Shown here: one piece after another, positions 56,867-64,000 of the stretch
Layout of the letters: each line of letters begins with the position of its first letter
Numbering within the stretch: position 1 is the first letter of the stretch
Source of the DNA: Eledone cirrhosa
Taxonomy: Eukaryota
Reading direction: 5' to 3'
NCBI GenBank assembly: GCA_964016885.1
Contig: OZ024743.1
Location: 66,464,001-66,528,000, forward strand
Length of the DNA: 64,000 nt
Made by a program: the position numbers and the translations under genes
Notes under the pieces: model-generated
Seen by the model: the letters and a program-made list of their open reading frames with translations, nothing else
Databases searched by the model: none
What the model was told of the DNA's origin: nothing

Positions 56867-57055
56867 CTAAGTGTATATTTAAGTCCATTGCTGATGGTCG
56901 AGATGTTCGCCAATATTAAGAGAGGGGACCGCCCTATTCATAGGTTATATCAACTCAGGTTTATATCCACTCAGTATTGTATTTATCAGCAAATGTGACA
57001 CACCCAACAATAAACCCGAACGCAAATATGACACTCAAATCTTTCTATATATCTA

Positions 57056-57147
<92 letters not shown>

Positions 57148-57243
57148 CGTGTGTGTGCGTGCGCGTGTGTGTGTGTGAGTGTATGTGTATATACATACAT
57201 ATATATATGTGTATGCATATATATATGTATGTATAAACGCATA

Positions 57244-57327
<84 letters not shown>

Positions 57328-58351
57328 ATGGATGTATATCTAAGACGATGTTTAAGACATTTTATTATCTTTACAGATGTTTCGACAAGAATGACACGAA
57401 TAAATACATGTAATGCAAACCTTACTTATATAGTTGATGTATTGGCTGGACTAATTTGTTACTAAACATTTATTCCATTCAGAGACTTCATAAAATATAT
57501 AAAATAAGTAATATTAGCAAAAATAGATACTTGATTAATCCTTAACCGGCGGTTTTCTCTTAGTATCGGTCACCGCCGTGACCTCATGTGTTCTAAGACC
57601 TCGGACAGCTGGCCTCCTCCGTAAAATCGGAACAAAAGCAGCCCGTCTGTGAAGTAGCCATGCGAGATGGGGTGTCTTTTGCAGCGTGTGTCGCTGGCTG
57701 TTGCTCGTGGAAATGCTTATGCAATTTTGTCCGACGGGCGCAGCCGAAACACCACTCTGACTTAGGTGTAGAATCTGTTATCTTCTCCCCTTCCACCTTT
57801 CTTCCTTTCTCTAGTACTCCTTCCCCTTCCCTCCTTTGCCTCCCATGTATGGCATGTATAGTTCTTTCCATACTGCTTTTTTTTTCTAAGTGTTTAATAA
57901 AAAAAATTCAAATTTCCAGAATATCAGAAAAATAATGTGCATCGATACTGGAATGAATGCATTTCGTCGCTTGCGACGATGAGTGTTCCAGTAGATACGA
58001 TCAACGGAATAGCTTGCTCATGAAATTAGCGTGCAAGTCGCTGAGCATTCTACAAACACGCGTACCCTTAACGCAGTTCTCAGGGAGATTCGGCGTGACA
58101 CAGAATGTGACAAGGCCGGTCCTTCGATTTACATGTACAACTCATTTTTGAGTGGACTGGAACAACGTGAAATAAAGTGTCTTGCTCAAGGACACATCAA
58201 ACTGCTGGAAATCGAACATCAATAACAGCCGTTATAAACACTCTTAGCAGTCTGTACGTACTTACTCATCTGTACGTACTTTCACTGCTCTGATTATAAT
58301 ATATGGACACATTTAGATTGGTTAAACATACAGAAAAAAAAGCAGTATTGG

Positions 58352-58520
58352 TAAGTTCTGGTGTCCTCGGCCCTATGGCTACCTCCCTACTCACCACCAT
58401 AGGCGCTGAGCTGGCCAGCCGCAGGTGTGAGCTTCGCAACCTGGAATGGCTTTTCCAGCGCGTCTCCCTTGCCGTCCTCCGGAAAAACGCCTTCTCCATT
58501 CTGTCCGCCGGGGCATGATT
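58352..58520 (+). mobile_element. 3' fragment of the CRE element
   Basis: SGVLGPMATSLLTTIGAEL..EWLFQRVSLAV, near-identical to 8605-8762. Confidence 0.9.
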
Positions 58521-59203
58521 GACTGACTTGTCATTTTATCAGTCAGATGTTTTTAGACATCGCCCGGTTAAATGTGATTCATTCTATACTTGTAATCCTA
58601 AAGAGAGACTGAGTAAAAGTAGCGGTTATTCCAATTTTTGCCAGTGAAAGGCTGATAGAGATCTAGTCAAATTATTACCGCCGTTATAATTGTTCATAAA
58701 TAATTGTTTCTACTTTTGGCACAAGGCCAGCAATTACATAACTGACGATTACTTATATCTTTCAAACTATAGTTATATACCGAAAGGACTATAAATGCCA
58801 TTATTGAGAGGAAAAGGAGGAAAACAGCAAGGACTAATAGACAAGGGACGATAGAAAGGGGGAGGGGAGAGGGTGACAGATTCTATACTTAGATCAGAGC
58901 AGTGTTTCGACTGTACCTCGCGAACAAAATGGCAAAGGCATTTACACGGACAGAGGCCAGTGGCACCCATTGCAACAGCTACCCAACTTCATTTTTGTAG
59001 AAACACGTGTAAGATAAATAAAATGCCTTTATCTTCTCATCCTCGATATCTATTCATGATTATATGTACACTCGGTAACACTGCTTTTATACCATCCGTG
59101 GGATTTGTTTACTAGAAGATCGATTCCTAATATTGTATTGATTATAGGTGTATTGATTTAATATGATTTGTCTTTGCTGATCGAGGGACTATATTGAGCG
59201 TGA

Positions 59204-59282
<79 letters not shown>

Positions 59283-59437
59283 TGTGTCTTATGTAACTGT
59301 TCAGCAACAGCCAAACGAGGCGTGGGAAATTCCCCTTAGAGTATATCACAAATCGATGTTCAAAGAAACTTATATATATATATATATAATAATAAATTTG
59401 AAGATAAATCCAAAGAGGGCTTTAATCTGTTATTTTA

Positions 59438-59478
<41 letters not shown>

Positions 59479-60061
59479 CATACATACAATAATAACAGAA
59501 CACACTCACTGTTTGGTTTGGGTTGCTTTTTGTTTCTCTATCTTTTATATCTCCATAGTTAATTTATCTGGCAATCAATGTTTATCATTGATTGACCAAC
59601 GGTTAAAAATACAGATATAAATATATATTATATATAAACAGCATTGCCAAAAGCTGTCTGTATGTACAATTGACAGTTGTCACAATTTCGGTTTGTATTT
59701 TCTCTTAATTTATTCATTTAATTTGCGTCTGGCAAACCGCATTGTTCATAGTTAGTATTTTTTTCACCTTAGCGAATCATATGTATATATCTGTGTCTAT
59801 CTCTCTTTTATATTCAATTATTCAATAATATGATATAAATATATATATATTTATATCTGTATTTTTAATATAATATATATATATATATATATACAATAAA
59901 AAGAAATACACAGATACATGCGAATACATACATATACATGCATATACACACATCACACATATATCCCTGAATTTGTGTGGTGCCAACCTTAACTGTTGTT
60001 GCTCTATGATTAGTAGGGACAAAATAATCTGAATGAATTAGATTGTCTCAATATCAGAGCT

Positions 60062-60460
60062 ATATAATACATTATCAAGAAAGAAGAAACATTAGACATA
60101 AAGAAAAAAAATATATATACCCAATATTCTCCAACATCCTCGACTGCGCAGTTTCGTGGCAACTATGCAAAAACATTACATCATAGAGATGCAGTATTTT
60201 TGTGAGGTTTGCCAACTTATCAAGAGAATACCTCATTAAAGTTTCAAAACAAGTCCGGAAGGCGTGAGAGAGAATCCTGGAAAGCCGGAGGGGGAACTTA
60301 TCACGTGATACAGCGGTCAAGAAACAGAGTTAAGCCTTTTACAACCAAGAGAAAAATACCACAAATGGCGGCGACGAAACTGCGCAGTCGAGGATGTTGA
60401 AGAATATTGGGTATATATATATTTTTATTTATGTCTAATGTTTCTTCTTTCTTTATAATG

Positions 60461-60466
<6 letters not shown>
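60062..60466. mobile_element. Fold-back element; inner ends of the arms are hammerhead 3' halves
   Basis: Arms 60062-60155 and 60375-60466 start at CGAAA-CTGCGCAG-TC-GAGGATG (palindromic stem III, GUC). Confidence 0.7.
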
Positions 60467-60550
<84 letters not shown>

Positions 60551-60649
60551 CATATATATATATATACACTATGTTAAGGTGTATCGAAACATTATATGTA
60601 CGATCATGTATCCCAATAAAACAAGCTCAATGAAGCTTATTTTAGACTC

Positions 60650-60787
<138 letters not shown>

Positions 60788-60849
60788 GCGAAAGAGTCAG
60801 GACCCCAACGGCTGAGCTCCGGCCGTTTCGACAGCTAGATCCGAACTCG

Positions 60850-61605
60850 GAGCTAGCCAATCTAGTCGAACATCTTAACAAGACTTCTACCACCTACGAC
60901 ATGCAGATCAGTGCAGAAAAGACTAAATTGATGACCTACAACACCAACGGCATCAGTACTGACATCAGGGTCAACGGTGAAAAACTAGAGTTCGTCAACA
61001 GTGTGAAATACCTGAGGGCAATCATTTCAGTTGAAGGATCTAAACCTAAAGTACTCGTTAGATCTGCCCAGACCACAGTAGCACTTACAAAACTTAAGGC
61101 TATCTGGAATGATAAAACCATACCCCTCAGTTCAAAGATCAGACTGATGCGCTCTTTGGCGAGGTCTACATTCTTGTATGCCTGTGAGTCTTGGACAATA
61201 ACAGTTGACCTGGAGAGAAGAATACAGGCTATAGTGATAAGATGCTTCAGAAATCTCCTTGGCATCTCCTACAGAGACCACTTCTCCAATGAGGAGGTGC
61301 GAAACAGAATTTGGCAAGCCATCGGGCCCTACCAAGACCTGCTGACTATTGAAAAAGACGCAAATTGAGATGGTACGGGCACGTGACAATATATTCAGGG
61401 CTTGCCAAGACTGTCCTGCAGAGAGCAGTACAATGTGGGAGGAAGAGAGGCACACAGAGAAAGAGATGAGAGGACAACATCCTGGAATGGACAGGCCTAA
61501 GGCTGGGTGTAACTGAGGAGGGCGGGGAGGCAAGAGGAATGGAAAGAACTAGTTGCCAGGTCATTTGTAGCACCCAACGGTCCACCCGACTACGGGACAG
61601 ATGAA
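60850..61605 (+). mobile_element. RTE LINE 3' fragment
   Basis: MQISAEKTKLM..EKLEFVNSVKYL..KIRLMRSL..FLYACESWT..RCFRNLLGISYRD..WYGHV. Confidence 0.9.
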
Positions 61606-61650
61606 AGAGAGAAAAGGAGAGATAAGAGAGAGAGAGAGGGGGTGAGTGAG

Positions 61651-61696
<46 letters not shown>

Positions 61697-62367
61697 CTAT
61701 CTCCGTCGAAAGGTTATTTTGGTAGCATTCCTGGCATAATTAATCTTCTTTAGACAATAAAAACATTATAAATGACAAAAAAGTACATTACTTGAAATCT
61801 CATACTTTATAAAATAAATAGGATGGGTTGGGGTCTCAATATGGAAACTAAACGACTATTTCTGTTTATTTTTTTGTTTTTTTTTAAATCAATGAAAACA
61901 ACCTATTACCAATTGTCCAAACCCCCACTTATTCCACTCTACCCCCCAACTTAACCCCCCCCCCCCTCCTCAATATTCTCCCTAATATTTGGGAGCCGAA
62001 AATAAGATTAATTTGGCTTCAAATGATACTGGACAGGAGTTACCTCCCATACGCTTGAAAGGTTGCTAACCCTTTGTATTTTTTCTTAAAAAATATAATC
62101 GGCAAGATATGATTTATTATGGCGTATTGGAAGAGTCGTTGGAATGCCTATATCTCTTTCTCACTTCATCCGCCTGCCAATCTGTCTGCCTGCCAGTCTC
62201 TCTAACCGACTGCCTCCCTGTCTATCTCTCTCTCTCTGATGGTGTTTTCTGATCTAGAGAGGTGATGGGGCTCCACTAGGTTTAAATTACCCAAGATACA
62301 CCTTATGTCGTCAAGGTGATACTATGACTACATAAAAATATTGCGTCCATACATATATTACTTGACA

Positions 62368-62398
<31 letters not shown>

Positions 62399-62404
62399 AG
62401 AGAA

Positions 62405-62477
<73 letters not shown>

Positions 62478-62867
62478 CAGAGAGAGAGAGACAGACAGAC
62501 AGAGAAATTGATAAAAAGGTATAGAGGAAGAATCAAGTACTTGACTGGTATTCATTTTTATCGACCTTGAAGGAATGAATGACAAAGTTGACCTCGGAGA
62601 GATTTGAAATCAGAAAGCGTAGAGAGCCGGAACGAATAGCGCAAAGTATTCTATCTGATGTTCTAAACACTCTGCCAATTCACCAACTTTAGTAATATAT
62701 CAGGGAAGTATGGGCTTTACCTCACTTGAAGAGGACTAGATAGCAGATGCTATAACTTTATTGGTAAGATCACTGGGGTAGCGATGATATTGGTTGCTGA
62801 TATTTATGCCTATATACATATGTAACTACACAAGCTAACTATTTGTCAGTATTGCGTATTGGTTTCA

Positions 62868-63420
62868 TTATTAAAATAGATCTGTCCCAAGCCCAGAAAA
62901 ATCCTCAAGTCAGTACTTATCAGAGAGTGAAATACCTGAGCCTGGCTGACTTTAAATCGGTCTCCGTCGAGATCTCTGGCTGTAACTATGCTGCGGACAC
63001 CATGCTTTGCAATATAGTTACGGCCCTTTACGGGCTGAGTTCAAATCCCGCCGAGGTTAACTTTGTCTTTCATCCTTACGGGGTCGATAAAATAAAGTAC
63101 CAGTAATGCACTGGAGTAATTGCTGGCGCTGTGCCAAAAGTAGAAACAATTATTAAAATAGGTATGTCCCAAGCCCGGAAAAATCCTCAAGTTAGTGTTT
63201 ATCAGAGAGTCAAATACCTGAGTCTGATCGACTTTGCACAGGTCTCCGTCGAGACTTCTGGCGTCCTTGCTCTCTGCACTGCTGATTTCCTCCGGGATGT
63301 CGGAAAGACGAAGGCCCGCTTGAGGAGGAAACCTTGTGAGGTGGGGTGGCTGTTGTAGCGGGTTGTCTCTGGCGGTAACATCTTTGTAATTTTGTCCGTG
63401 GGGCGCGGTTGAAGCATCTT
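62868..63420 (+). mobile_element. Diverged CRE 3' fragment with partial duplication flanking a Meta-like SINE (62981-63153)
   Basis: KYLSL..VSVETSGVLA..GWLL*RV..GNIFVILSVG. 62868-62980 is repeated at 63149-63262. Confidence 0.7.
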
Positions 63421-63582
63421 TCAGACAGGGATACAGTGTCTGTCAATCCCCCTCTCCCTTTCTTTCGATATGTGATCACTTTTTCCTTTCTTTTTCTTCC
63501 ATTTTTGTTCCCTTTAAAAGTGTTTCGTTTCTATTAGATACTGCTCAGTAATTTTTATATGATGTCAATGGTTTTTCATAAT

Positions 63583-63768
63583 ATAATTGTTTCTACTTTA
63601 GGCACAAGGCCAGCAATTACCCAGTGCATTACTGGTACTTTATTTTATCGACCCCGTAAGGATGAAAGGCAAAGTCAACCTCGGCGGGATTTGAACTCAG
63701 ATCGTAAAGGGACGTAACTATGCTGGAAAGCATGGCGTCCGACCCTCTACCGATACTGCCAATCCACC
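63583..63768 (-). mobile_element. Full-length Meta-like SINE
   Basis: A and B boxes, core and tail as at 5472. Older copies at ~9260, 39655, 40195 and 62535. Confidence 0.9.
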
Positions 63769-64000
63769 AATATAATGATGTTTTTTATAATGAGTATGTT
63801 TGTTTTTCATAGAGAAAGTTATAACAAAACTGTACTTCCGGGTTACTGTTTTAAAAACGGTACCTATATAGAAATTTGAGATATCTAAAGAAAGACGAAG
63901 ATTCATAGCAGAACAAAGCTGTATATTCTCCAGTTCTATTAAAGTATATAGATTACCATTTAGAAGTTAACGGGAAATAACTCACAAAGATGCATTGGGC

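Noticed and set aside
63165-63186. GTCCCAAGCCCGGAAAAA resembling a twister ribozyme core
   Set aside because: Lacks the downstream GAGGG pseudoknot partner and P1, and adjoins a CRE coding remnant.

Overview
AT-rich, microsatellite-saturated animal DNA, probably from an octopod cephalopod (inferred from the tRNA-derived Meta-like and CORE SINEs and the (TA)n/(CA)n/(GA)n density). No intact host gene is evident and most listed ORFs are microsatellite translations. The window holds decayed RTE, CR1 and CRE LINEs, two Penelope-like (PLE) GIY-YIG endonuclease fragments, several Helitron derivatives and many SINEs. It also has a ~5.9 kb array of a 57-bp unit that appears to derive from a CR1-type LINE coding segment. 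The main unannotated signal is about 25 type I hammerhead-ribozyme (HHR) motifs, about 15 with an intact core, in roughly 10 sequence families. They sit in short non-coding units embedded in (TA)n tracts, often as fold-back inverted repeats whose junctions fall at the palindromic stem III, consistent with a swarm of non-autonomous PLE/retrozyme-like elements. Weaker signals are possible remnants of a PLAT-repeat pseudogene (+) and two candidate host exons (-). All calls were made by eye and boundaries are approximate.
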